Positions 35,992 through 47,175 of a stretch of DNA of 64,000 nucleotides are shown one piece after another (position 1 is the first letter of the stretch; the number at the start of each line of letters is the position of its first letter). A program made the translations under genes and the position numbers. The notes below the pieces were generated by a model that did not search any database, had not been told where the DNA came from, and was given only the letters and a program-made list of their open reading frames with translations. The stretch lies in NCBI GenBank assembly GCA_965112735.1, contig OZ218954.1:2666001-2730000 (forward strand), given 5' to 3'. The DNA comes from Phaeosaccion multiseriatum (lineage: Eukaryota > Protista > Ochrophyta, other classes).

Positions 35992-36160
35992 TGTTCCCGG
36001 CCGTATCACTCTGTTATTATGTCCCGGGGGGCACCCCTTCCCCCCCGGGGGGCAAAGCTCATTCTCAATCCTCTCGTGCCACTCCATCCACTCCTCAAAA
36101 AATCTTTCTTGTAGTTGCCCAGCCCTGGCAGCCACTGCAAACCCCGCCACTGAAGATACG

Positions 36161-37450
36161 ATGAAGACTTCCAGCATGGCCCGCCGCATTGATTCGTGGG
36201 TGAAGCCTTGCCTCGTGGCTGCCCTGTGTCTGGTGGCCTCTTCATGGCCTGCGGCAGGTTTCGCCGATCAGCCGGAATTTGTGTTGCCTGAAGACTCCGG
36301 GGCACGCCCAAGCTCTGCTGGTCCTGCTGGTGGACGAATGGTTCCATCGAGCGCTCGGTACCATGCTGGGGGGGGGTTGCACGCTGCTGCCCTTGCTCCA
36401 GCGGCCGGTACCGGCGGTGGGGCCGCGGGAAAGGCACGTGTGGAGGCGCTGGCGTCTACTGTTGATGCTGCCGCTGCCACCGCCGCAAGGAGGGCCTTGC
36501 AGGAGGAAGAGTTCACTAGTCACGATCATGATATGGACGGCTACAACGACCACACGCAGGATGGGGGCGATGAGCAAGAGGACCACGAGGACGAGGACCA
36601 CGAGGACGAGGACCACGAGGACGAGGACCACGAGGACGAGGAGCACGATTCCGACGAGTTCACTAGTCACGATCATGATCAGGACGGCTACAACGACCAC
36701 ACGCAGGATGGGTTCACTAGTCAAGATCATGATCAGGATGGGGTCGATGAGGACGAGGGGCACGAGGAAGAGGAGCACGATTCCGACGAGTTCACTAGTC
36801 ACGATCATGATATGGACGGCTACAACGACCACACGCAGGATGGGGGCGATGAGCACGAGGACCACGAGGACGAGGAGCACGATTCCGACGAGTTCACCAG
36901 CCACGATCATGATCAGGACGGTTACAACGACCACACGCAGGATGGGTTCACTAGTCAAGATCATGATCAGGATGGGGTCGATGAGGACGAAGGGCACGAG
37001 GAAGAGGAGCACGATTCTGACGAGTTCACTAGTCACGATCATGATATGGACGGCTACAACGACCACACGCAGGATGGGGGCGATGAGCACGAGGACCACG
37101 AGGACGAGGACCACGAGGACGAGGACCACGATTCGGACGAGTTCACCAGCCACGATCACGATATGGACGGCTACAACGATCACACGCAGGATGGGGGCGA
37201 TGAGCACGAGGACCACGATCACGAGGACCATGAGGACGAGGACCACGAGGACGAGGACCACGAGGACGAGGAGAATGGGGTCGAGGAGAATGGGGACGGG
37301 GAGCGCGGAGACGGGGACGAGGAGGTCGCGGCTGAGGAATTATCCAATCAGGCCTCCCCTTCTCTTTCCCCAGACTTGTGGCGTGCCTCCACCCTCTTTA
37401 ATGTCGTTTTCATCAACACATGCCTCCTCTTTGCCGCGGCAGCTAGATGA
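36161..37450 (+). CDS. Secreted His/Asp/Glu-rich repeat protein 1 (429 aa), hydrophobic C-terminal tail
   Basis: Signal peptide CLVAALCLVASSWPAAG; propeptide ending RRALQ; 6 FTSHDHD(M/Q)DGYNDHTQ repeats plus 2 variants; EDHEDE spacers. Confidence 0.8.
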   Translation: MKTSSMARRIDSWVKPCLVAALCLVASSWPAAGFADQPEFVLPEDSGARPSSAGPAGGRMVPSSARYHAGGGLHAAALAPAAGTGGGAAGKARVEALASTVDAAAATAARRALQEEEFTSHDHDMDGYNDHTQDGGDEQEDHEDEDHEDEDHEDEDHEDEEHDSDEFTSHDHDQDGYNDHTQDGFTSQDHDQDGVDEDEGHEEEEHDSDEFTSHDHDMDGYNDHTQDGGDEHEDHEDEEHDSDEFTSHDHDQDGYNDHTQDGFTSQDHDQDGVDEDEGHEEEEHDSDEFTSHDHDMDGYNDHTQDGGDEHEDHEDEDHEDEDHDSDEFTSHDHDMDGYNDHTQDGGDEHEDHDHEDHEDEDHEDEDHEDEENGVEENGDGERGDGDEEVAAEELSNQASPSLSPDLWRASTLFNVVFINTCLLFAAAAR

Positions 37451-38437
37451 AACCGCTGCAACCGCCGCAGACTTTGAGCTGTGCATCAAGACGAGCCGCC
37501 GACCCCATCCAATGTGAGTGCCGGTGAGGAGGTAGGAGGAGGTCCATTGAAATGGAAGCGCGCACTGCCCTGCGCTGGTGTCCACGTGTCAACATGCCCT
37601 CTTTCCCCCCCATCATTGCGTGTAACCCCTTCCTCTCCCCCTCCCCTCCTCCTCCATCTTAGGGCTGCATCACAGCGCTGGCGACGAGCGGGGGGGTCGT
37701 TGCGGTCACTGTCTTGCTGCACTCCTTGTGCGTGTACATACACAGCTCAAATGAAGACGATGAGGGCAGCGACGGTAACCACACCCTCAGCCTGTTTGCT
37801 CAGGTGGGGAGGCGAGAGTGTGCCACAGAGAGCAAGGGGAAGAGGAGGAGCAGGAGGATGAACATGATGAGGATCCATCCTTCCTTTCCTGCTCTGGTCT
37901 TTGCTTCTCACAGCCCCTTGTCTCACCCCCTCCCCTTTCTCTTCGCACATCGCACGTGCACAGCACTCGTCTGGGCGCGTGATGACATCGTCGTTGTTGG
38001 TGCTGCTTCCCCTCCTAGGAGAGAGCGGGAGTGAGGGCGACGCCCTCCATGTAGTTGTGAAGGATCAGAGCCGTGGAGTCCCTTCATCGCTGCCTCGGCG
38101 ACGGGAGGTCATCCGGCTCAGTGTTGCAAGAAAGAATGTGTTTTGAGGTTCATTGTTACGCACTTGGGCATGGAAGCACTCTGGCACTGGCGGAAGACTC
38201 AGACTGACTCACCATGTGCTACGCCCTCCTACCGGCGAGCAGGGGAACCCTGTAATAAAAAAAAAACATAAAAAAATACTCGTCGCCTCAGGGACAAAAG
38301 GAAGTACTGGGGTTTTCATTCCCCCACTGTAAGAATGCAGAGACTCAAGTTTAACCGAGAGATTCAAAGATAAGGCGACCGTTTCACGACCATTCCACTC
38401 CTCGACCTCTCTCGATCTCTCGATCCGAGTCGCAATG
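37352..38437 (+). pseudogene. Degenerate duplicate of the DDB1-like 3' region and its downstream flank (source 33688-35672)
   Basis: Colinear similarity to 33688-34690 and about 35385-35672, with a 1-nt indel near 37500 and large internal deletions near 38080-38180. Confidence 0.85.
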
Positions 38438-38695
38438 TGCCCTCCCGCCAAAAAGGGAAGACCTCACCTACTCATCTGGATTTGGTCACTTGAAGAGAAA
38501 AGGAATAATAAAAGGAATGGTCGACGAGGGGGCGGACTCTCACGTACGCGAGGGTCATGGCGCGAGGGGAGAAATTTGAGTGCGCGCGCTATGCCGGTCT
38601 CCCGGGGGGCAGAGGGTTCGGAGTGGCACGTGAGCCTCAAATCTTTATTATTTGCCCCCCACAAACTGAACCCTCAGTCCTACAGCAGAGAAAAA

Positions 38696-41097
38696 ATGAC
38701 TACCAGCAGCAGCAGTATGGCCCGCGGCATGGCTCGCCTGGTGAAGCCTTGCCTCGTGGCTGCCCTGTGTCTGGTGGCTTCTTCATCGCCTGCGGCAGGT
38801 TTCGTCGATCAGCCGGAATTCTTATTGCCTGCTGAAGATTTCGGGGCACGCCCAAGCTCTGCTGGTCCTGCTGGCGGACGAATGGTTCCATCGAGCGCTC
38901 GGTACCATGCTGGGGGGGGGTTGCACGCTGCTGCCCTTGCTCCAGCGGCCGGTACCGCTGGCGGGGCCGCGGGAAAAGCACGTGTGGAGGCGCTGGCGTC
39001 TACTGCTGATGCTGCCGCTGCCACCGCCGCAAGGAGGGCATTGCAGGAGGAAGAGTTCACCAGTCACGATCATGATCAGGACGGCTACAACGACCACACG
39101 CAGGAGCATGAGTCGTCCGACGAGGAGGAGGAGCCCGAGTTCACCAGTCACGATCATGACCAGGACGGCTACAACGACCACACCCAGCATGACTCCTCGG
39201 AGGAGCATGAGTCGTCCGAAGAGGAGCCCGAGTTCACCAGTCACGATCATGACCAGGACGGCTACAACGACCACACGCAGCATGACTCCTCGGAGGAGCA
39301 TGAGTCGTCCGAAGAGGAGCCCGAGTTCACCAGTCACGATCATGACCAGGACGGCTACAACGACCACACCCAGCATGACTCCTCGGAGGAGCATGAGTCG
39401 TCCGAAGAGGAGCCCGAGTTCACCAGTCACGATCATGATCAGGACGGCTACAACGACCACACCCAGCATGACTCCTCGGAGGAGCATGAGTCGTCCGAAG
39501 AGGAGCCCGAGTTCACCAGTCACGATCATGATCAGGACGGCTACAACGACCACACCCAGCATGACTCCTCGGAGGAGCATGAGTCGTCCGAAGAGGAGCC
39601 CGAGTTCACCAGTCACGATCATGATCAGGACGGCTACAACGACCACACCCAGCATGACTCCTCCTCCGAGGACACTACGGTACGTCAAAGGAGTCGAACT
39701 TCAAAGAATTTGTTTTGCTTTTTCGCTTCTCAGCCCCCCCTTCTTTGGCTCACTCCTTGTAAATGCATGCCTGCGCCTTCCCTTCTTAAAATGTCTCTGC
39801 AGGCTCCCCCCACCGCTGCACCCACTGCCCCGCCCACTGCACCACCCACGGCTCCTCCTACGGTGAGTCAAGCAGTCGCCATGTCTTCGCTCAGTCGGTC
39901 AAGAAGCTCATTGGCTCACTCACCCTCTTTTGGTTTCTCTACCCGCCTTCCCTTGTTGCTATCGTGTCGCCGCCGCAGGCTCCCCCCACCGCTGCACCCA
40001 CTGCCCCGCCCACTGCATCACCCACGGCTCCTCCTACGGTGAGTCAAGCAGTCGCTATATATTCGCTCAGTCGGTCAACATGCTCAGTAGTTCACTCACC
40101 CTCTTTTTGTTTCTCTACCCCCCTTCCCTTGTTGTTGTCGTGTCGCCCCAGGCTCCCCCCACCGCTGCACCGGTAGCTACCACGGCCCCTGTGGCCCCCA
40201 TGACCGATGCCCCTGTGGCCCCCATGACCGATGCCCCTGTGGCCCCCATGACCGATGCTCCTGTGGCGCCCATGACCGATGCCCCTGTGGCCCCCATGAC
40301 CGATGCCCCTGTGGCCCCCATGACCGATGCCCCTGTGGCCCCCATGACCGATGCCCCTGTGGCCCCCATGACCGATGCCCCTGTGGCCCCCATGACCGAT
40401 GCTCCTGTGGCGCCCATGACCGATGCCCCTGTGGCCCCCATGACCGATGCCCCTGTGGCCCCCATGACCGAGGCGCCTGTTGCCCCGGATGTGACCCCCG
40501 CGGGAACCACGGCGCCCGTTGCCCCGGATGTGAACCCCGAGGGCGAGTGCATGGTGCCCTCGGCCTGCGCAGCCACTGAGGCCGACATCGAGCAGCTGGC
40601 TCTGTCCCACAAGTGCATCACCGTGGACACCGCCTGCGGTACTGACGATGCGCCCGCCGGCTGCAACTTTTTCGGCCTGGGCCAGGACTGCAGGTGAGGA
40701 TGTGTGGGGCGGGGGTATCATAAAGTAGAGGATTTCGTCCCTATCCTTGGCATTGTCTCATGCTCTTCGTTTTTCGGCTCCTCGTCGTTGCTGTGTTGTT
40801 CATTACCTACTCAGGGCCTGCTACATGTCGTGCGAGGGAGCCATGATGCACCTCGCCGCCTACCCGTCCACGCCGGACTCGGAATTCTTCTTCTGCCCTT
40901 CCACGGGCCTGACCTACGACATGTGCACCGACGAAACCCCCCCCGATGACGCGGGCGATTGTGTGTGCGACGGCTTTGGCGAGTCTTGCTTCATGGACAG
41001 CTCATGTGTGTTGGGTGAACTCGGATGCAACGTCCGCGGCATACTGGCTTGCCGCTTCTGTGGGTTCGGTGTCTACTCCGATATCGCATGCCCTTAG
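38696..41097 (+). CDS. Secreted His/Asp/Glu-rich repeat protein 2 with Pro/Thr/Ala mucin-like stalk and two C-terminal Cys-rich modules; 5 exons (38696-39679, 39803-39862, 39979-40038, 40152-40693, 40815-41097)
   Basis: Signal and propeptide paralogous to 36161; 7 FTSHDHDQDGYNDHTQ repeats (93-bp period for the last six); APPTAAPT exons; 12 APVAPMT(D/E); GCNFFGLGQDCRACY and GCNVRGILACRFCGFG; canonical splice sites in frame. Confidence 0.85.
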
Positions 41098-41961
41098 ACA
41101 ACGGTGTTGCACTTCGTCTGTTACTGTCGTTGTACTCCGGCTGGTGTTGTCGTTGTAAGTGTTCGTCGCTGATAACCTTGATCCCAGCTGTAGCAGCAAA
41201 GAGAGTGTTAAGCTCGTATTTTTCAAGTCGCATTTTAAACGCAATGTAAGTGATTACTCTTTACAGGCGCTCTTCTCCACCCGTGCAAAACTGCGAGTGG
41301 TATATCTGTTGTCAAATCGGTTCGGTACGAAGCAAGCGGCCGGAGTTTCCCCATCTGTTTCCGGCCGTAGCGACAGCCTGGGGCAAGCTTCCAGCAGGAA
41401 GGTGGAAAAAAAGGTGGGGACGCATCACTCAGCCCTGCTGGACAGGCTCTACTACACGTTCGCTTCCGGGCGTCGTGATGAAAGGTGAAACAAGACTAAG
41501 TCAACTTTCCTCCACATCCCCGGGGGCTCTACAGAGCTGTACAAAGAGGGGGGGGGAGGAAGAGGGATTGTAGAGAGGGAAGGGGTCAACTCTCAATGCC
41601 AGCCTCCAGCTTACTTCCTTTCCCCCAGCCTGCTAGTCTACTTACAGCTACTTGTACCTGAGAAATTTTGAAGCTTTTCGGGGGCCAATTTCACGTGCGG
41701 TCCATCCCCTCTGCGCCGAAGCTCCTCTACCGCGGGAAAAGTACTTTGCCACTATACACGACATTACTTAGCCGAACTGGAAAAGGAAAGGGAAAGGAAA
41801 ACGTGTCTCTCCATCTTGTAAAGTGAACATTCCTTTTCCCAAGTAGATAGAAGTAGCCAAAAGCATTGGATAAGGCGAGCCATTGGCTATATCGTCCGCT
41901 GGACAGGGCTTACACAATAATCGGCCCTTATACACGCGTCCTTCGGGATGAGGCCAAAAAA

Positions 41962-42117
41962 ATATTGTATGTAAACACTCGATTTGCGTAAAAACCGCCC
42001 AAATCGCCGGGTAAAGTTGTCAGCATTTGCAAGAGCACTCCCCCTTGCCGCCCGATCCCTAAAAAACGGGGCGATTTGTGCGATTTTTACGCAAATCGAG
42101 TGTTAAATAAAATATAA
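41962..42117. repeat. AT-rich inverted repeat (MITE-like or hairpin)
   Basis: 41974-42008 and 42070-42104 are reverse complements at 33/35 positions, about 60-bp spacer. Confidence 0.8.
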
Positions 42118-42158
42118 AAATGTAGGACCCCTCAGTGTGAGAGTGCTTTCTGTGCTCC

Positions 42159-44960
42159 TCATTGTGATGCTCCTTTGCTCTGACCCGCGCGGCCTCCTCT
42201 CCTGACCTTGGCAGAGGGGGGGAAGAGCGTCCCTGCCTTGGTGAGCTCTGCGTCCGCTTGATTGAGGATGGCAAAGTCATCCTCCAGAGGCATCACCTCC
42301 CTGCTGCTACCTGCCCCCCCTGACTTCTTGGGAGCCTTAGGAGCGAACAAGTTGGCCAGCGAAAACGGGTTGCTTGTTTGCTCCTTCCTCCCTTCCGACG
42401 CCGCCGGCTCCCCTTCCTCGAGGAAGCCGAATGCCTGACGAAACTCTCTTCCGTTGGATTGGATGTCGTTGGCAAGGTGGCAGGGGATGATGCGCTGAAA
42501 AGCCCAGCCTGCTACTTGGTCTGCCCACTCCAGCGTAGCCTCTGGTGCCCTGTTGAGAATGAGCTTTTGGAGGATGGGCGCCACGAGCAGGCCCCCCTGC
42601 AGGGCGTTGAAGGAAGGAACATCATCCCGACTCCACTAAGGGGTGTGGCGGGAGGCAGGCGGCAGCGCGAGCGGGTGGGCGGGTGGGTGGGTGAACACAG
42701 GGGAGGGGGGGGGGTAAGAGAGATTGGGAAGATGGGCCACACACACACCACACACACACATAAGCTCAAAGCAGGGAGGTAGGGAGGGAGGGAGGGGGAA
42801 GCAGTAGCAGCAGCATCAGCAGCAGGAGCGTGAGCAAGAGCAGCAGCAGCTTCGAGGAGAGGGCGAGGTACGGTAGCGGCTGTGCGCCCCAACGACTTCG
42901 CAGGGAGGGAGAGACTAACAACTCTACATGGATACATCTATCATCGATCATCGATCAAGCAAGCTGCCTGGGCAGCTCTCAGCCCAACACAGCGCAGCTC
43001 CACCCCACCCCACCCTGGCCAGTTGCCCAGCGTAGTCCCTCCTACACTTTACCTTGAAGGGGAAGAAGCCTCCCCAACCGAGCTCCTTCATAGGTGACTT
43101 GTCGGCTTCCTTGTACGCCTCCCCCAGGTCCAGCACGTCGATGGCGCTCGGCTGGAAGAATAGGCCGAACTGTGCTCGCGCACACACACACGCGCACACA
43201 CACACGCGCACACACACACGCACACACACACACGCGCGCGCAAACAAGCACATACAGCACGCAGCACAGGGAAAGCAAAAAGGGGCTGATAGTCAAATGG
43301 AAAGCCCATCAGCCAGACCTAACATCCTTGAGGGGTGGCCTGCTATCGGTGCCGGTCTGCGTGCCATCTCCTGCTGCCGCTCCATCCCTCGCTCGCTCGT
43401 TGGCTCACTCCCTCTGCTCACCTGCACAATCCTTCGCCATCCCTTCTCCCTCACTGCGGGGGTGTCCTCGACCTTCTCGGAGCCGTCGTCTCGGGCGTGG
43501 AACAGCAGAGAGCGCGGGTCTGCTTCCAAGATACCAGGCACCTCCTTGTCCACCTTCACCACCACATCCGTCACCAGCAAGGTCTTGGTGGCCTGTCTCA
43601 CACACACGAGAGAGGGTGGACATGATTCGATATGACAGGCATAGATAGTATGGTGAGAGCAGAGCAGAACAGAAAGGGGAGAGTGAGCGAGGTGAGGGAG
43701 CTAGAGTGAGCGGAGTGGAGTAGCTCGAGCAGAGGCGCTGCCTCCCCCCCCCCCTCCCCCGTCCCCCCTCCTTGCTGCTTCGCTTGCCTTGTGGAAGAAG
43801 GCAGTCTCTCCGAAAGCTCCAATCTTGTTCTTGGAGGGGAAAGGTCCCAGTACCGCGTGATCGAACTCGCTGGCCCATGGGGCATCCTCTACTGCCCGTG
43901 GGATGTCCTTCACCTCCCTTGCCCCGAAGCCGAGCCACTGAGTGGGCAGGTTGAGAGGGAAGGCATACTGCCCAGGCATGACGTATACACTCGCCTTGGG
44001 GAAGCGCTGGGCAAAAGGCCCCGCGAACACCTATACAAGAGTCGAGCACCAGCCACAGCGAGCAGGACAGCCAAAGCCAGCCAATGGGTGGAAGGAAGTC
44101 AGCGTGGGCCCGGCAGGCGGCTCAAGTACAGCGTCTTCGGCAATCAAAGAGTTCAGACGAGACAATGATCCCCCCACCCCACCGAGGCGGCAGCTGCACT
44201 CCCACTACGGCTGCGCAGCAGTCGTACCTTATGTTCCAGCCCAAGCGTTGGTAAGACAATATACTTGACAGCCCCGTGCTCCTCCTGCTCAAGACACGAC
44301 ACGACGGAGAGGCAGAGCAACTCGCAACTTGAGTGCAGCGGGGGCAGGAAAGCGCCGGTCTGTGTAGGAAGCAGAGCTTTCCCTCGCAGAGAGACATATA
44401 CATACCTCGAGAGCCTTGACCATGTCGATGCACTGCTTCGTGGCCGCCAGAGGGGCGTACACCAGCAGCCCCCCCTCCTCCAGCTTAATCACCGTCATCC
44501 GCGTTGGCACAAACACGTACAAAATGCCCTGGAGCTGGTCGAACGTCCACACTTTACCTGGGACTACCTCGGTCTGTAGAGTGGCTCGCTTGGTGTACGG
44601 AGCAATGGGGAGCACGAACCACAGAGGCCAATCTATGCCTGCTGAGTTAGCCCGAGCAGAGCCACCAGAGGTCGCCATTCCCAGCGTGCTTCCCCTCCGC
44701 CGAGACGTGGAGCGCGACGCAGAAGAGTCACACGGGAGCTCCCGAGATGCATCTGATCCTAAGGCGCAGCCTGGCCGTTCTGCTGCCACTGCTGCTTGTG
44801 TTGTTATTGCTGGGTTTGGGTTTGCTCTTCGCGCCGGGCAGGGCGTGAAAGTGAATGCTGCTCCTCCTACCAAGCACACCATCAGTAGCAGGTAGCCGAG
44901 TGCACTACCCTGAGGCTGCAACTGCCGCTGTCGCTGCCGACAGCATCGTACTCGCATCAT
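42159..44960 (-). CDS. DUF4336 (metallo-hydrolase-like) protein with probable bipartite plastid presequence, multi-exon
   Basis: WPLWFVLPIAPY.KR.T...EVVPGKVWTFDQLQG, RMTVIKL..GGLLVYAP, ETAFFHK|ATKTLLVTD, RIIPCHL; signal peptide ending GGAAF. Confidence 0.88.
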
Positions 44961-45132
44961 GACAACACTGAGAGATGGGTGACGATGTGACTCGCCGGAG
45001 ATGGCAACAAAAGACCCCTTTGGCCTCCACTGCCATTTGTAACTGCGATTGGACTCACCGGATATAAAGCAACTCACCGGATATCCGCGTTGGCGCCGCT
45101 GCGCTGCCTATCCACAGAGACATCGCTCGCTC

Positions 45133-47175
45133 ATGACAGAGGAGGGCAGCGAGAATGGGTGGCTCGACCGCTACTTTCTGCTGAGTGAGAGAGGGAGCTC
45201 CGTGTCTCGAGAGGTTCGGGCAGGATGTGCCAGCTTTCTAACGATGAGTTATGGACTACTCGTCAACCCCCAGATGCTGGCCTTGGCGGGCATTCCGCAG
45301 GAGGATGCGGTTGTCGCCACTGCCGCTGCGTCGGCAGGCGCTTCCCTCCTGGTTGGACTGGTAGGGAACCTGCCCTTCGGCCTGACGCCAGGAGTGGGGC
45401 TCTCTTCCTACCTTGCGTATAGCCTGGTGCTGACTGGCATCTTGGACAAGACTCAGGCGTTGACTTGCTGCATGGTGGCAGGGTTTTTGGTGGCGGCCTG
45501 CACGCTGACGGGTCTGTCGCATTACATCACGGACCTGACCCCCACGCCCGTGAAGCGAGCCATTGTGGTGGGGATGGGGCTGCTCATCGCGCTCATCGGC
45601 CTGGTGTCTGTAGACCTTGTTGTGGAAGACGAGGACTCCATTGTAGCCTTGGGCGATCTGACAGACTCCCAGATCATTCTAGCGCTGACCGGCCTGACCC
45701 TTATTGTGACACTTAGCATCCGGAAGGTGCCAGGCGCCCTCTTGCTGGGCATCGTGTTGATCTCCTTCACCTATTGGGTTTTCATCGGCGGCTTTCCCGA
45801 CAAGGTGGTGCGCTGGCCAACCCTGGAGGATTCCATCAGCGACAACATCAGCTTCGGCTCCCTGAACTCTAGCTGCATCATGCCGATACTGGCCTTCCTC
45901 TTTGTCATGCTCTTCGACGTGTCGGGGGTCATGTTCGGTCTGAGCTCGCTGGCGGGGCTGCAAGACGACAAGGGCTCTGTCCGGGGGGGTACGTCGTGCT
46001 ACCTGAGCTGCGCGGCCGGTACCATTATGGGAGGGGCCATGGGTACTAGGTAAGCAGCTCGTGTGGCTGTGGCTTCCTGGGCAGTCGGGAGTAGAGTCAC
46101 GGGCTCGTTGCTCACCACATGCTAAAATACCCGCACCGCCCCCCCAGCATTTGTGTTGCCCACCCCTTAAGCATTGCGCTTGCCCTCCCCCCCCACCTCC
46201 TCTCTTTCCCCCCTCTACTCGCCACCTCGCCACAGTCCGGTCATCTGTGCCGTTGAGAGCGCCGCGGGGGTGGAGGAGGGCGGGCGGACCGGGCTGACAG
46301 CGGTGACGGTGGGCCTGCTGTTCCTGTCCAGCCTCTTCTTCTCGCCCCTGTTTGGAGAGGTACCCACGTGTGCAACATCGCCTGTGCTGGTGCTCGTCGG
46401 CGCCATGATGATGAAAGAAAGCAGGTGAGTGATTGTCTGTGTTGGGCACATGCATGATGGAACACGTGCCTCAGTAAACACGCCTGCATTTGCTCGACCT
46501 CCCCCTCACCCCTCGCTCCCCCCCCCCCCTCACCCCTCACTCCTCCCCCCTCCCCCCTCCTCGCACCATTTCACCCATTCTTCCTCTTTGCTTCCCTTCC
46601 CCTCTTCCCCTCTCCCCCCCACAGCTTCATCAACTGGAACAAGTAAGTGCTCCGTGTGTACTCGCTAGCACGGCACTCTTCCTCTTTCCCCACTGCACCA
46701 GTCCCTCCTCCCTCCCACCTTTGCCAACCGAGTCCTCCCCCATTGCCCTCCCCCCCCCTTCCGTCCCAAGCCCTTCACCCTAAGCTACGCACGCACCACC
46801 CTTACGTATCGCTACCCTTGCCCTCGTTTTCTTGCATGTGCCGTACCCTCCACTCCTCCACTCCTTCCCTCTCTCAGTCCGAGGGAGGGGTTGCCTGCCT
46901 TTCTGTGTGTGGCTATGATGCCGTTCACATACTCCATCCCCAATGGCATTCTCTTCGGCGTGGGTGCTTCGCTGGTGCTGTACTTTACGACTGGCGACTT
47001 TTTGAAGGCCTGCAGTACCTCCCAATCCGACGACGATGACGATGACGAGAACGCCCCTCAATCGCAGGCTGCCGTCTTGGACGGCACCAGTGGATCTGAC
47101 TCGCATCTCCTGGGGGGAGAGGCCCATACAGGGACCGGAGGGACCTCAACATACGGGACGCTTGCCCCCCGATAG
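45133..47175 (+). CDS. AzgA/AZG-like purine (adenine/guanine) permease, NCS2 family; 4 exons
   Basis: [43 protein letters not shown]|[30 protein letters not shown]. Confidence 0.92.

Noticed and set aside
36242-39866. Long alternative-frame and antisense ORFs (V/L/I-rich 339 aa and 288 aa; T/R-rich 412 aa and 319 aa)
   Set aside because: Shadows of the His/Asp/Glu repeat codons; only one frame has a signal peptide and coherent splicing.
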